Positions 45,965-57,870 of a stretch of DNA of 64,000 nucleotides are shown here, in pieces. Source of the DNA: Macrostomum lignano (taxonomy: Eukaryota); NCBI GenBank assembly GCA_002269645.1, contig NIVC01002079.1, forward strand, positions 142,640 to 206,639. The letters are read 5' to 3'. The notes below the pieces were generated by a model. The model ran no database searches. It was not told the DNA's origin and worked only from the letters and a program-made list of their open reading frames with translations. Position 1 is the first letter of the stretch. The number at the start of each line of letters is the position of its first letter. Made by a program: the position numbers and the translations under genes.

Positions 45965-46324
45965 GGACCTACTCGGGCTGCTGGTTTCACGGCACCCGTC
46001 ACGGTCTTGGAGTTCGTCAGTCGGTGCCGTTCGGCCTCGCCGCTCCGTATCGAGACGAAGCCGCCGATGCGACCGCCGCCTCCGACACCGCCGCCTCCGC
46101 CACCGCCGGCAGACATCGCGACGAGTCGCTGACGTCGCTTCGATCGGCTCGACCAGACGACGCTGCCGTCACCGAAGATGCCGAGCGTCCGGAAGGTCGC
46201 AGACGGCGTCGACTGCCTGGCGACGAGTTCAGGGCCGGTTTCGTCCTGAGCAGCCGGCACTGCGAAGCCGAGGTCACAGCCTCCTCGGGAGAAGGAGCTG
46301 AGGACAGCAACCCGAACTCGCCAG
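45965..46324 (+). CDS. JPH: Junctophilin, exon 2
   Basis: Acceptor ggcag|. GTYSGCWFHGTRHGLGVRQSVPFG; donor CCAG|GTAAGC. Confidence 0.92.
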
Positions 46325-46620
46325 GTAAGCATTAGTTAAAGTGCATGCTTACTCAGCTCGTGTATGCATAGGTGGTGGCACTTTGTAACTGACGCCCCGG
46401 GGCCCCGGGTCTTGAAGCGCTCATCCCGCTTCGCTGCTGACCTCACGGATCCGTACACAGGCCCATTCTGCAGAGTGCAGCACAGTATAGTCTGGATGAT
46501 ATCCCTAGCGCCTACGTGCGCAAGCGTCAGACGTTGCTCCCTCCAGGTTGTAAAGAGAATAGCTAGCAGATAAAATCGAGTCTGGGACCACTCGCTAAAG
46601 AGAGCAATGCTAATCGGCAG

Positions 46621-47308
46621 GTTATCTGCGACGAAGGCTGCGAGCAACCGGCGGGGGCACATCGCTCGGCCGGGCCCTGCTCGGCCGGCTGAGGAAGCAG
46701 AGATCCGCCGGCGACATCGAGCAGCAGCAACAGCAAAAGCAGAAGCAGCAACAGCAACAGCAGCCGCAAGAGTCCCCATCGCCGTCACCGGGACCTCATC
46801 ATCAGCAGCAGCAGCAGCTGGACAAGCAAAAGCAGATCCGGCGTCGATTCCTCGGCCATCGATCCAGCTCAGTCCGCTCGGCCATCAGCGAACGAGCCTC
46901 CCCGGCGTCCGGGGCGTCGGTGTCGGCAGCCGGTAGCGGCGAGCTCAGAGCAGGCGAAGACGCAGAGTATGAGGAGCCCCTGGACCCGTCCGTGACTGAG
47001 GTGTTCTGCGGCGAGTGGAAGCAGGACCGGCGCTGCGGCCTGGGAGTCGCGGAGCGCAGCGACGGATTGAAATACGAAGGCGAATGGGAGGGCAACCGTC
47101 GCCATGGTTACGGGGCCACCACATTTCCGGACGGCAGCTGCGAGGCCGGAAAGTACAGGGGAAACTTGTTGAACGTGTCAACCGCCCGCCGAGGCCGGTT
47201 GTTCCTGTTGAAGAGCTCCCGGCTGAGGGAGAGAGTTGACACGGCGGTCAGGGAGGCTCGAGTGGCGATGGCCGAGGCTCTGAAACGGGCTGAGAATGCG
47301 CAGAGCAG
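46621..47308 (+). CDS. JPH: Junctophilin, exon 3 (joining region, MORN 7-8, start of alpha-helix)
   Basis: Acceptor taatcggcag|. GRLRKQRSAGDIE...RSSSVRSAIS...EVFCGEWKQDRRCGLGVAERSDGLKYEGEW. Donor AG|GTGAGT. Confidence 0.92.
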
Positions 47309-48233
47309 GTGAGTGTTTGGGGAACAGAGGCAACCGAGGCTGTGGGATAGCACTGAGGATGCAGTTCTGACTGGGATTTTGTAACTCGTTCTGGCATCAG
47401 TGGCGTAGCCGGGATCTCAGGCACGTCTTTGGAGGCGAAATGCATTTGGGGGAGGGGCTGAATCAGCAATCACATTGCCTAACTTATTGCCGGCAGTAGC
47501 TGGACCGCAAATATTTTTATGAGAATTTTTATGCGCCACTTCTAATCCCTATTCTAATCTCTGGGCGCGCGAGAGGGCAAGCTGAGATGAAAATCTGCTG
47601 GGCTGCTAAGGCTGGCAGCCGGGAGGAATCAATTTCGCTCATGCTGACTGTTCAAAAATATCCCTAAAAGACCGAATTCCCTTCTCCCCAAAAGAGTGAG
47701 ACGGTGCTAGTCAACGAGTGGAATAACGGGAGCAAGCAGTGGAGCAAATAATCAAAGTGCGCCCGGAGCCTCGAGCTTAAAAGATGGAACGCGGATATAT
47801 CAAGATGGAGAGAGTGAGAGAGTCTGGCCGAATCGGGAAAGGGGTTATTGGTAGTTTTTTTCAGGAATTTCCGATCTCTAGATTGCCGCGGCCTGAGTAG
47901 AAAAAGTCAGCCTAATGAGCTGGCTCTCTGTTCTTTTTCTCTTCCCTGCCTTTCTGAGGCCCTGCGGCGCTCTAGCACCCCCCCCCCCCCAATTCCCTCA
48001 GCCTGGCACCCTTACGCCGTGCTTGAATCTAATTGCATCAAGTGCATCTGTCTTGCCAGCTGCCTGTTAGGCTGTTTAGGCAGTTCGGCCGCCCACGCAG
48101 TGTTTAAGCTTGTTTTTGCCGAGTTCCCAGCTTTTCTTCATTCCGTTTTTTTTTTCTAGGAAAGCCTCTCCCGGCTTTGCTTAAAGTCTTAAACGCTCCG
48201 AACTGAACTTGAAATGAAATAAACAAATTGCAG

Positions 48234-48352
48234 GCAGCAAGTCAGCCAACAGAAAGCGGCATTGGCAGATGCGGCCGCGGAGAAGGCCAGACTGGACAGT
48301 GAGTCGGCTCGCAGGGTCGCGCGGGAGTTCGCGCCCGACTTCCATCAGCCGG
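48234..48352 (+). CDS. JPH: Junctophilin, exon 4
   Basis: Acceptor ttgcag|. KAALADAAAEKARLDSESARRVAREFAPDFHQPG (JPH: ARELAPDFYQPG). Donor G|GTGAGC. Confidence 0.92.
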
Positions 48353-49358
48353 GTGAGCGAGTTTCCCTGATTGGATCAGTCAGTTCGAATGAGTAAAATA
48401 ACAGGAAACTAACATTGCAACAATAATAACAAGTCGTTTGTTTTCCATCAGGTTGGGTAAACTTTGAGAAGTACTATCTTTCGCGTCGGGCGTCGTTAAT
48501 GCAAATCATTCATCCAAATCACTAAAACAAATCGTTCACAAGTGTAAATCCGTTAATGTTCCTGAAGAACGCTTAGTTAAAAAAGCTTAAATGCACTAGC
48601 GATAAGACAGGAATATTGCTTTCCTCGACGGCCTTTAGCTTGTTTCTAAGAAAATCGAGGTTTAGCGATGTATAGCGAGTGTCACAATTATGAGAAGCTA
48701 ATGCTATTGCCAATATTTATTGTTAAAAAACTTGACACTTCTTACGGCAAAAACTTTGTATTGAAAAATTAATTCTAAAATAATGTAGTTAACAATGAAA
48801 CTTTCTAATGCAAATTTTGTTATTCCGTTCAATAAAAATATCTCTACGACTCGCCGCGAACGTTGATAAAAAAGTCTTGCGCTTATCAACGGATTGTTAC
48901 CCAACCCCTACTTGTATACGCGGGTTGTTATTTGTTATAAAGTTAGAAAGATAAGAAAAAGATAAGATAAGAAAAGCAAGAAAAGCTAGCCGACTTAAAC
49001 TGTGGTCACGTGACTACTTTATAGCCCTACTAAAACCTCATCAATTAGATGAAATTAAAAGGGTTTGTTCTGGCATGGAAAGGTTCAGAAACTTCTATGT
49101 ACACTGCAATGTACATTCGTGAAAGTCGCAGAGAGAAAACACAGTAAGACAGAGTCGGGTTTAAGTTTTACGAGCTATTTGTAAACTCAATGTACAAAAG
49201 TTTGAAAACGGTGTACATTTAAATGTGGACTTTTTGTTCTTATTCTTGAAGCTATAAACAGGCATGTCCTGCCCGTCTTTTTTTCTCGTATCGGGTATGT
49301 AAAAGAGATTATAAAATTTAAATTATGTACTACCCCACATCATATTTGAACCCTTCAG

Positions 49359-49597
49359 GTCCTGATTTCCTGAAACGACGCACAGAAACAGACGTATTAA
49401 GCAGTTTGTCATTGACAACGGCTCGATCTAGAGCGTCCAGGGCTTCGCCTCCTGCCAATCACCGCGTTGCATCCACTAACAGGTCGCTAACTCGCCAGCA
49501 CCACATAGAGGAGTCTTCGCCTGCTAGGCCAGGTAGCAATAATAGCAATAGTGCCTCGGCAAATGCTTGCCTACAGGTGGCTGACTCTGTGCTGCAG
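49359..49597 (+). CDS. JPH: Junctophilin, exon 5
   Basis: Acceptor cccttcag|, GPDFLKRR; donor CAG|GTGAGA, phase-consistent. Confidence 0.8.
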
Positions 49598-50134
49598 GTG
49601 AGAACGATTGAAAAAGTTGGAATTGATTTTGTACTTTTTTTGCTTCCGTTTCCAAGCCCGCTTTCTTTGTCTTTTTGAAAATTAAAAAAAGGGTCTAACT
49701 TTTATGTTTGCTGTAAGGCGGAAGTTAGAGTCGTATGTTTGATTCGTATGAGCAGCCCCTCGGTACAGGAAAAATGAATCGGTATAAATATTTTTCCACC
49801 GAAGAAAATAAACAAAAAATTTATCGCCTATACTGTAAGGCCTAAAACTGTCAACTTAGTCGTAAAAGTGCAAAAATTGGCATATACGCTCGTAGCTACA
49901 AATTCATGGAAGCAGGGAATAAATGAAAGAGCTGCGAGTGCGTGCCGCCGACCACCAAAAACGTCTTGATTTAAGGAGCATTCTGACTGCAGAATTTTAA
50001 AGCCAGTGGGGTTTCGGTACTTCTTTAGCTTAGCCGCTATTTTGTCTGTAATTATTTCCGGCTGTCTCTGTCAATGGAAAGATTTATTATTTTTTTGGAG
50101 GGACTTTGAAATTGTTGAGTATCTTTCAGGCTCC

Positions 50135-50460
50135 CTGCTAACCCTTAACCCCCGCTACCCTTAACCCCCGCTACCCCTAACCCCCACTAACCCCTAACTC
50201 CCGCTAACCCCTAACTCCCGCTACCCTTAACCCCCGCTACCCCTAACCCCTAACCCCTAACCCCTGCTACTCCTAACCCCCGCTACCCTTAACCCCCGCT
50301 ACCCCTAACCCCCGCTAACCCCTAACTCCCGCTACCCCTATCTCCCGCTACCCCTAACCCCCGCTAACCCCTAACTCCCGCTACCCCTAACCCCTGCTAC
50401 TCCTAAACCCCGCTAACCCCCGCTACCCCTAAACCCCGCTACCCCTAACCCCTGCTTACC
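50135..50460. repeat. Degenerate telomere-like (CCCTAA-derived) repeat, JPH intron 5
   Basis: CCCTAACCCC(CG)CTA units. Confidence 0.85.
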
Positions 50461-50710
50461 CCAAAGTATTGCCATTCGAAATTTCTAACAGTAAAATTTT
50501 GTGCTACAGCCCCAAACATATGACTGCTTCCCTCAACACTGGTCAAACGCTAAGAGTCAAATACGAGTATCAGCATTTGAAAGAAGAAAGGTAAGGCAGT
50601 CGAATCGGTGTTATGCTGTGTCTAAAGATGACCAAGGCTACCGGGATATGCCAGAATTTTTCATCATGTTGTCAACTAATGCAGAATATTAGCTGGTGTT
50701 TAGTATGCTC

Positions 50711-50975
50711 GTAGCCTAGTGGTTAGAGCGTCGGACTCACGGCTGAAAGGTCGGGGGTTCGATTCTCGACCTACTCGGAACAATAGGTGTCCTTGAGCAA
50801 GTAAAATGGGTGCCAGCATTAGCTGGGGTAATTGAGGGTGTGTGTGGCGACCCCCCAGTCCTTGGACTGAACAGCCGTACGCAGCCTTCAGATGCGCCGC
50901 GCAATAGCTGCGTCTGAGCTGTTGGTATTAGATCTGCGCATTAGGGCAGGTGTAATAAATTATTATTGTTATTAT
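50711..50975 (+). mobile_element. CORE-like SINE (family B, copy 2) with a 32-bp deletion in the CORE domain and a (TAT)n tail
   Basis: Colinear with 41413-41670 except that GCAAG joins directly to TAAAATGGG. Confidence 0.8.
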
Positions 50976-51477
50976 GAATATCAATATTACTGCAGTAGAA
51001 TGAGAGCCGGGTTTTCGCACAGATTCTTTATCCTATTATTTAATTTATCAATATACAATAATAAACACTATATTTTTTCATTTACGCTCGTATTATTCTG
51101 TAACCGGATGCTCTGCAGAGGCAGCAGACGCCAAAATCCGCATCTCCCATTCTCCAAACCCTATTGAACCGCGCACTTCTGTCACCTCTCTCTCGGCTCC
51201 ACTGCTGAATTAAAAAAACCCCACCGACATTTACACAGCATTTTTTCCATTAGGATATTTGGAAAATAGCAAAAAATGGATAGGAATTTCGCATATTTGC
51301 TGTGCCGCACGCCCACGCAAGAGGCTATTGAGCCTCGGAGACTCAAGTCGCATCCTTGATGAAAAACCCACACAAGGCATACGGGGAGTCAGGGCGAACG
51401 CTGCGGGAAGTCTCATCTCGCAGACATTCTCGCTGTGCTGTAATTCCTTTTGTAATTTGTTTAAAACCATACCCGGT

Positions 51478-51910
51478 GGGGCCCTGTCTCTTGGTGGGTG
51501 CCCCTGTCTCTTAGTGGATGCCCCTGTCTCTTAGTGGGCGCCCCTGTCTCTTAGTGGGTGCCCCTGTCTCTTGGTGGATGCCCCTGTCTCTTAGTGGGTG
51601 CCCCTGTCTCTTAGTGGGCGCCCCTGTCTCTTAGTGGGTGCCCCTGTCTCTTAGTGGATGCCCCTGTCTCTTGGTGGGTGCCCCTGTCTCTTAGTGGGTG
51701 CCCCTGTCTCTTAGTGGATGCCCCTGTCTCTTAGTGGGTGCCCCTGTCTCTTAGTGGGCGCCCCTGTCTCTTAGTGGGTGCCCCTGTCTCTTAGTGGATG
51801 CCCCTGTCTCTTGGTGGGTGCCCCTGTCTCTTAGTGGGCGCCCCTGTCTCTTAGTGGGCGCCTGTCTCTTGGTGGGCGCTCCTGTCTCTTAGCGGGTGCG
51901 CCTGTCTCTT
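51478..51910. repeat. 20-bp minisatellite (GCCCCTGTCTCTTAGTGGGT), JPH intron 5
   Basis: About 21 copies. Confidence 0.95.
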
Positions 51911-52191
51911 AAGCCAGAGGATCAAATTCTTATTTTTTGAGGAGCGCAGTTTTGTGAAGCCGATTAAGGAAGGCTGCGGCCACCTGCACCCCCTGCGCTG
52001 GTGATTGAATAGCAGTCGATTTAACACTCTGCTGTAAATGTGAGGAACAGTGGTAAGCTTGGTTGACATCGCCACAGTGAATAAACTTTGCTTTCTGCAC
52101 AATTGTTGTCTCACTACAAGTATACAGTATATATACGTTGGAATGTGAATATAGCTGTGCTGATGGAGGAAATTGAACTCGCTGCACACAG

Positions 52192-52406
52192 GTCGGCGGC
52201 AGTCGGAGGGGCAGCTTTCGCTTGTCCCCAGCAGCTGCTAGGAGCGCCGCAGCCGCCGCAGCGTCCGCCGAACCGGAATCCGCGGAAGCGACACCTTCGG
52301 CAGAAGCTGCTGCACCAGCGGCCCAGGCGCGATACCGGGACAGAGTGGAACCCCTGGCGAGGGTCCTGGACTCTGCGCCGGCGATTGACCACTTTGACCA
52401 GTACAG
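52192..52406 (+). CDS. JPH: Junctophilin, exon 6
   Basis: Acceptor cacacag|, open frame ending IDHFDQY; donor AG|GTGCGT, phase-consistent. Confidence 0.75.
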
Positions 52407-52425
52407 GTGCGTCTTTTTGTGGAAC

Positions 52426-52592
52426 CGTTTCTCCGGTTCCCGGTTTCTCCGGTTCCCGGTTTCTCCGGTTCCCGGTTTCTCCGGTTCCCGGTTTCTCCGG
52501 TTCCCGGTTTCTCCGGTTCCCGGTTTCTCCGGTTCCCGGTTTCTCCGGTTCCCGGTTTCTCCGGTTCCCGGTTTCTCCGGTTCCCGGTTTCT
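52426..52592. repeat. 16-bp minisatellite (CCGGTTCCCGGTTTCT), JPH intron 6
   Basis: About 10 copies. Confidence 0.95.
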
Positions 52593-52667
52593 CAATTACA
52601 TGCAAGAGTAAGCAACATAATTTTTATTTCTAACTCTGAGTTCTAATTTTCTTGTCTCAACAATCAG

Positions 52668-53027
52668 AGCGGCTCCGAGCCTCTACCGCAGAAAGCGGGA
52701 CAGCGGCCTTGGTCGCGACTCGTCGTTCGAAGATTCGCCAAGCAACAGCGGTTTTGTTGCTTCGGATCGGGCCACGTTAGCAGCTGCGGCAACAGCCGCT
52801 GCCGCTGCCGCCGCTTCTGGGGCCGGAACCGCAAATGTGCCACATGCTGGTAGAGCTGCAAACAGCAATGCCAATCACCGAGGTGATTCCGACAGTGGAC
52901 TCAGCGAGGTGAGCGGCGGCTCCTTGGGCAGGAGCCGGCGGCGCACCTTGCCGTCCCTGCTGGGCTCAAACTCGGCGCGTCCATCGACGTTAGTTGGCCC
53001 GGCCGAACTTGAAGATTCGTCGCATAG
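52668..53027 (+). CDS. JPH: Junctophilin, exon 7
   Basis: Acceptor caatcag|, open frame with RRRTLPS; donor AG|GTAAAG, phase 2 at both ends. Confidence 0.75.
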
Positions 53028-53061
53028 GTAAAGTATTGGTTTGTGTGCAGTGGGGGTGGTG

Positions 53062-53350
53062 TCTTGAAGTTAGCGACCGCAGCGCCCGCGGAGTGAGCTG
53101 GGTCTCTGGAAAGTTTATCGACCGCAGCGCTCGCGGAGTGGGGTGGGTCTCTTGAAAGTTTATCGACCGCAGGGTCCGCGGAGTGGGGTAGGTCTCTTGA
53201 AAGTTTATCGACCGCAGCGCCCGCGGAGTGGGATGGGTCTCTTGAAAGTTTATCGACCGCAGCGCCCGCGGAGTGGGGTGGGTCTCTTGAAAGTTTATCG
53301 ACCGCAGTGTCCGCGGAGTGGGGTGTGGTCTCTTGAAAGTTTATCGACCT
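53062..53350. repeat. 45-bp minisatellite, JPH intron 7
   Basis: Unit GAAAGTTTATCGACCGCAGCGCCCGCGGAGTGGGGTGGGTCTCTT, about 6 copies. Confidence 0.93.
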
Positions 53351-53944
53351 CTGCGCCTGCAGATTTGGGGATTGTATATTGAACTTTTTTTCACTGGGTG
53401 GTTGATTTTTTTGCTTCGATGTACATTTAGTAAGCCTAGTGAATTCAATACGGCAATAGTTTAGCTGTAAATTAATTTCAAGCGGCACTCAGACACCAGC
53501 GTTGTTCGATTCATAAAAGTACATTTCTTACGATCGAAAAGTTTACACATTTAATCATGAATTTTAGTCCAGTTAGAATCTGTTAGATAATCTTCTTAGA
53601 CTGGACTGACTCTGCTGGAAAGCCGAAAACTAAAAGAGTCTGCATCGGAGCATCGGATTGACAATTTCGACAGACTGGTCACGGAACATGACATGCTACT
53701 CTCCCTCTCTCTCCCAATCCCCCTAGTCCTAGCGTCACTGCTTGCTCAGTCCTTATAGAATAAGGACTGTTAAATATTTAATTATCTGCATAGTCCAGTT
53801 TTCTTGCTCGTCCCGCAAAGGATGAGAGAGTCGGTGCACGACGAAGAGCAGAACAGGTTGCCATGGCTGCTAATAGTATATCTTGTACTTGTGATTGGAT
53901 TTTGTAGTTTACTCTAGCCGCATTTCAACATCAGATAGACCTCC

Positions 53945-54710
53945 GATCCGACACAAACTGGGGCTGATTGCCACACCCCAGCTGACACAAACTGACTCTC
54001 GATAGCAACTCTTCATCTGACACAAACTGGGGCTGATTGCCACACCCCAGCTGACACAAACTGACTCTCGATAGCAACTCTTCATCTGACACAAACTGGG
54101 GCTGATTGCCACACCCCAGCTGACACAAACTGACTCTCGATAGCAACTCTTCATCTGACACAAACTGGGGCTGGTTGTCACACCCCAGCTGACACAAACT
54201 GACTCTCGATAGCAACTCTTCATCTGACACAAACTGGGGCTGATTGCCACACCCCAGCTGACACAAACTGACTCTCGATAGCAACTCTTCATCTGACACA
54301 AACTGAGGCTGGTTGTCACACCCTATCTGACACTAACTGAGGCTGGTTGTCACACCCCATCTGACACAAACTGAGGCTGGTTGTCACACCCCATCTGACA
54401 CAAACTGAGGCTGGTTGTCACACCCCATCTGACACAAACTGAGGCTGGTTGTCACACCCTATCTGACACTAACTGAGGCTGGTTGTCACACCCCATCTGA
54501 CACAAACTGAGGCTGGTTGTCACACCCCATCTGACACAAACTGAGGCTGGTTGTCACACCCCATCTGACACAAACTGAGGCTGGTTGTCACACCCCATCT
54601 GACACAAACTGAGGCTGGTTGTCACACCCTATCTGACACTAACTGAGGCTGGTTGTCACACCCTATCTGACACAAACTGAGGCTGGTTGTCACACCCTAT
54701 CTGACACAAA
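53945..54710. repeat. 69-bp dimeric repeat passing into a 34-bp monomer array, JPH intron 7
   Basis: All units start CTGACACAAACTG; about 5 dimers, then about 12 monomers. Confidence 0.95.
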
Positions 54711-54791
54711 CCAAAGTTGAGTAGCCACATCATATTTCACTAGCTGAATCACGCACACCGTTAGTACCAAATAACTAACTGACTTCATCAG

Positions 54792-55227
54792 CAGAGACCG
54801 GCAGCAGTCTGCAGGCGCCGCCACCTTCATCATCGAGAACGGCGTTCGCAAACGCGTTCTGCACTCGATTTCCAGCACAGCCGCGGCCGCAATCTCTTCG
54901 CCTCATCGTTATAACAATCGGAAGCAGAATTCGCTGCCTCATCAGCGCAGCCTTCGGCATCCCCAGCAGCTTCAGCAGCATCGACTCTGTCGTATCGAGT
55001 CGCAGGCTCGACTATGCAAAGATCTCGGCGAAGGCAGCTTGCCGGATGTCAGCGTTTGTCGATACATCGTGCGGCGCGGCCTGATGTCCAGGGAGGAAGC
55101 TGCTCAGCTGGGCCGGCAGCGGAGGCTGGAACTGCTCAAGCTGGAGGAGATGCAGAACCAGCAGCGGCGGCAGCGACAGCAGCAGCAGAGGGCAGAAGAT
55201 GGAGATGCAGTGCTTGCTGATGTGAGG
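54792..55227 (+). CDS. JPH: Junctophilin, exon 8
   Basis: NAGNAG acceptor catcag|cag|. Contains FIIENGVRKRV, GSLPDVS and MSREEAAQL; donor AGG|GTAAGC. Confidence 0.8.
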
Positions 55228-55261
55228 GTAAGCATTTGTGCTAGGCTGGATAGCTTGTGAT

Positions 55262-55640
55262 AGCTGGAGTGTCCGGTTTTATGATAAGGTTTCAGACAGA
55301 CGGAGTGTCCGGTTTTGTGATTAAGGTTTCGTACAGCTGGAGTGTCCGGTTTTGTGATTAAGGTTTCGTACAGCAGGAGTGTCCGGTTTTGTGATTAAGG
55401 TTTCGGACAGCTTGGGTGTCCGGTTTTGTGATTAAGGTTTCGGACAGCTTGGGTGTCCGGTTTTGTGATTAAGGTTTCGGACAGCAGGAGTGTCCGGTTT
55501 TGTGATTAAGGTTTCGGACAGCTGGAGTGTCCGGTTTGTGATTAAGGTTTCGGACAGCAGGAGTGTCCGGTCCTTTTTAAGGTTTTGGACAGTGGAAGTG
55601 TCAGTTTTGTGTTTAACATTTCGGACAGCTGGAGTGTCCG
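55262..55640. repeat. About 37-bp minisatellite, JPH intron 8
   Basis: Unit GGAGTGTCCGGTTTTGTGATTAAGGTTTCGGACAGCT. Confidence 0.92.
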
Positions 55641-55863
55641 GTTGTGTTGGTTGGAGTTCAGAAATCTTAGTAGCTACCATTAATTCTATTTCTACAAGCT
55701 ACACGTATGATTCTAAAATTTTGTCAGGTGTACGCATCTAAGCTTTACACATGACTTTGAAGACGCAGGGTGTACACTTCTCTATCTATACACGATGCTA
55801 TCTCTTTTGCTCAAATTGGTGCTTGAAAATCCTAATCTTCCTCGCTCTATGCGCCTCTCCCAG

Positions 55864-56217
55864 GAGTGCAAGCGGCTGCCAGTCGATGACCCGCTGCACA
55901 GTTTCGTCTCCCGAGGTGGCTTGCGTCGCCGCCTCCTGTGCAGCCGCTGCGCCTCCATTGAGCCTTCTTCGAATTGCTCCACATCCCTTCGAGTTCAAGA
56001 TCCTACCACCGCTTCTCAGCACTGGCGCCGGCTGCTGCTGCTGTCGCTGGAGGAGCCGCAGGCGGCCACTAACAGCGGCAGGTCGTCGACGGACTCAACT
56101 CCGAGCAGGACAACAAGGACGTCTTCTTCAACGTTCGCCGCTGCTGCTCGACTGTCTGGGGCGGCGGCGGCTCACGCATTTTGGCGAGTGGTTAACTGGC
56201 TGCGGCTGAATACTGGG
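55864..56217 (+). CDS. JPH: Junctophilin, exon 9
   Basis: Acceptor ctctcccag|, 354-nt open frame ending FWRVVNWLRLNTG; donor GGG|GTGAGT. Confidence 0.75.
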
Positions 56218-56239
56218 GTGAGTCGCTTTGCGGGCGGAC

Positions 56240-56540
56240 GGGATGTCCGGTTTTGTGGGTCCTGAGTTCGGACATTAGTGTCTGACTGTGTGGGCTCAGG
56301 CTCGGACAGTATTTTCCTGTTGTGTGCGTTTTGAGTTCGGAGAGTAATGTTCGATTGTGTGGGTTCTAGATTCGGATAGTGATGTCCGGTTTTATGACTT
56401 GGGTTCGGAAAACAGTGTCCGGTTTTTCTGGTTAAGGTTCGGACAGTAGTGTCCGGTTGTACGGGTCATGGGTTCTGGGTTCGGACAGTAGTGCCCAGTT
56501 GTACGGGTCATGGGTTCTGGGTTCGGACAGTATAGTGTCC
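56240..56540. repeat. Degenerate repeat of about 40 bp related to the intron-8 unit, JPH intron 9
   Basis: Recurrent TGTCCGGTT...GGTTCGGACAG. Confidence 0.8.
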
Positions 56541-56866
56541 GGCCGCTTGTGTGTGTAAAGACTCAAAAAAGCCATGGAAGCCAAACAGCTTATTTTATTC
56601 TTCTTAAAGTTCTTCATCTTGAGGGAGAGGAAACTTTTGGGGCTTCCCCGGCGCGTCACCGGCTCGTTCAGCAACTGCCCTGCAGCTCGTGCTTTTGTGG
56701 CTGACCCATTCTGCTAGAAATTGTGTGTGCTTTTTCTTTTAGAATTCAATAGAAAGTTGCAATACTGTGGCTCCTTATTCTCACGTCGTTCTGATTCATT
56801 ACTGTAGAATCCTATTCATGTACATTATATTACACTAGCTTAACCAACCTATCCTTGCCATTGAAG

Positions 56867-56971
56867 GAGCTGGTACAGGAGCACTTTCTCCTGCTGTTCG
56901 TGCTGATCGTGAACACAGTCTTGGCTGTGCTGGTATTTCACCTGCTCAACAGCAATGCAAAACTTCCCTGA
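56867..56971 (+). CDS. JPH: Junctophilin, exon 10 (C-terminal ER anchor); the ten exons sum to 3261 nt, about 1086 aa
   Basis: ELVQEHFLLLFVLIVNTVLAVLVFHLLNSNAKLP* matches the JPH tail (VILLNIGLAILFVHLL). All ten exons join in frame. Confidence 0.85.
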   Translation, partial: ELVQEHFLLLFVLIVNTVLAVLVFHLLNSNAKLP

Positions 56972-57870
56972 GTAGCAAGGCTTGCTGCTGGTTTGCAGTT
57001 GAGTCGTATCTGTTTTGACAAATAATCAAACGCTTTACTAATTATGCGTGTTTTCTGTCCAGTCTTTGTTAAAATTCTCGACCAGATGATCAACAAGAAA
57101 GCATTGCATTCAAGTATAGATGTTATACATTTACTGTCGTTAAACTTATAGCTCCACACACGATCATGCAACCAGTTTCATATCCGTTTAGATGAAACCT
57201 GCAAGGAATAGTTTTTAATCGCATATGGCACCCGTTGTGTAAATGTATTAGTTAATTGATTAATGCATTACAGTGTCCGATGCCATACAACGCTATCAAT
57301 ATAACATGCAATATCGTGTTGTATAATCCTGCTTAATTTGTCCGCCGTGTGATATCAAGTTTCATGTCAGGTTTATCAAGTTTATGTTTATTCTCGATAT
57401 TTTTGTTTAATACACGTACTTGTGGTACATGTTCGACTAACAAAAAGTATTTGTTTTCAACTTCAAAGCACATTTTGCCCAAAATTTTCATTTTAATTTG
57501 AAAAGACAGCAAAACGTGATGCAGTTATATTTATCGACCATTTAAAAAAATTCGTTTGCTGAAACTACAGAGGATGACATTATATAGTGTCTCTCGCTGC
57601 ATAGAATCAAAACTCAAAATCTTAATTACAGAATATTTTTAAAGCTTCTGAAAGTAAATAGAAGGAAAAAAGGACTTAAATAATTAGTATCAAGGATTCA
57701 AGGGTTCATGCATGGATTGAGCTAACATGTATTGCTACTACACATACTGTGCACGTGAATGTGCACGTACATACAACGTGGACATGTATACATGCACAAG
57801 CCAAGAACTACTGAAATGTAGGAAGAGGACTCTTCATTCGCCAATAGTGCAACCTTTAAGGCTTAACTAT

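Noticed and set aside
50135-50460. Chromosome end or true telomere
   Set aside because: The tract is degenerate, short and inside an intron of an intact gene.
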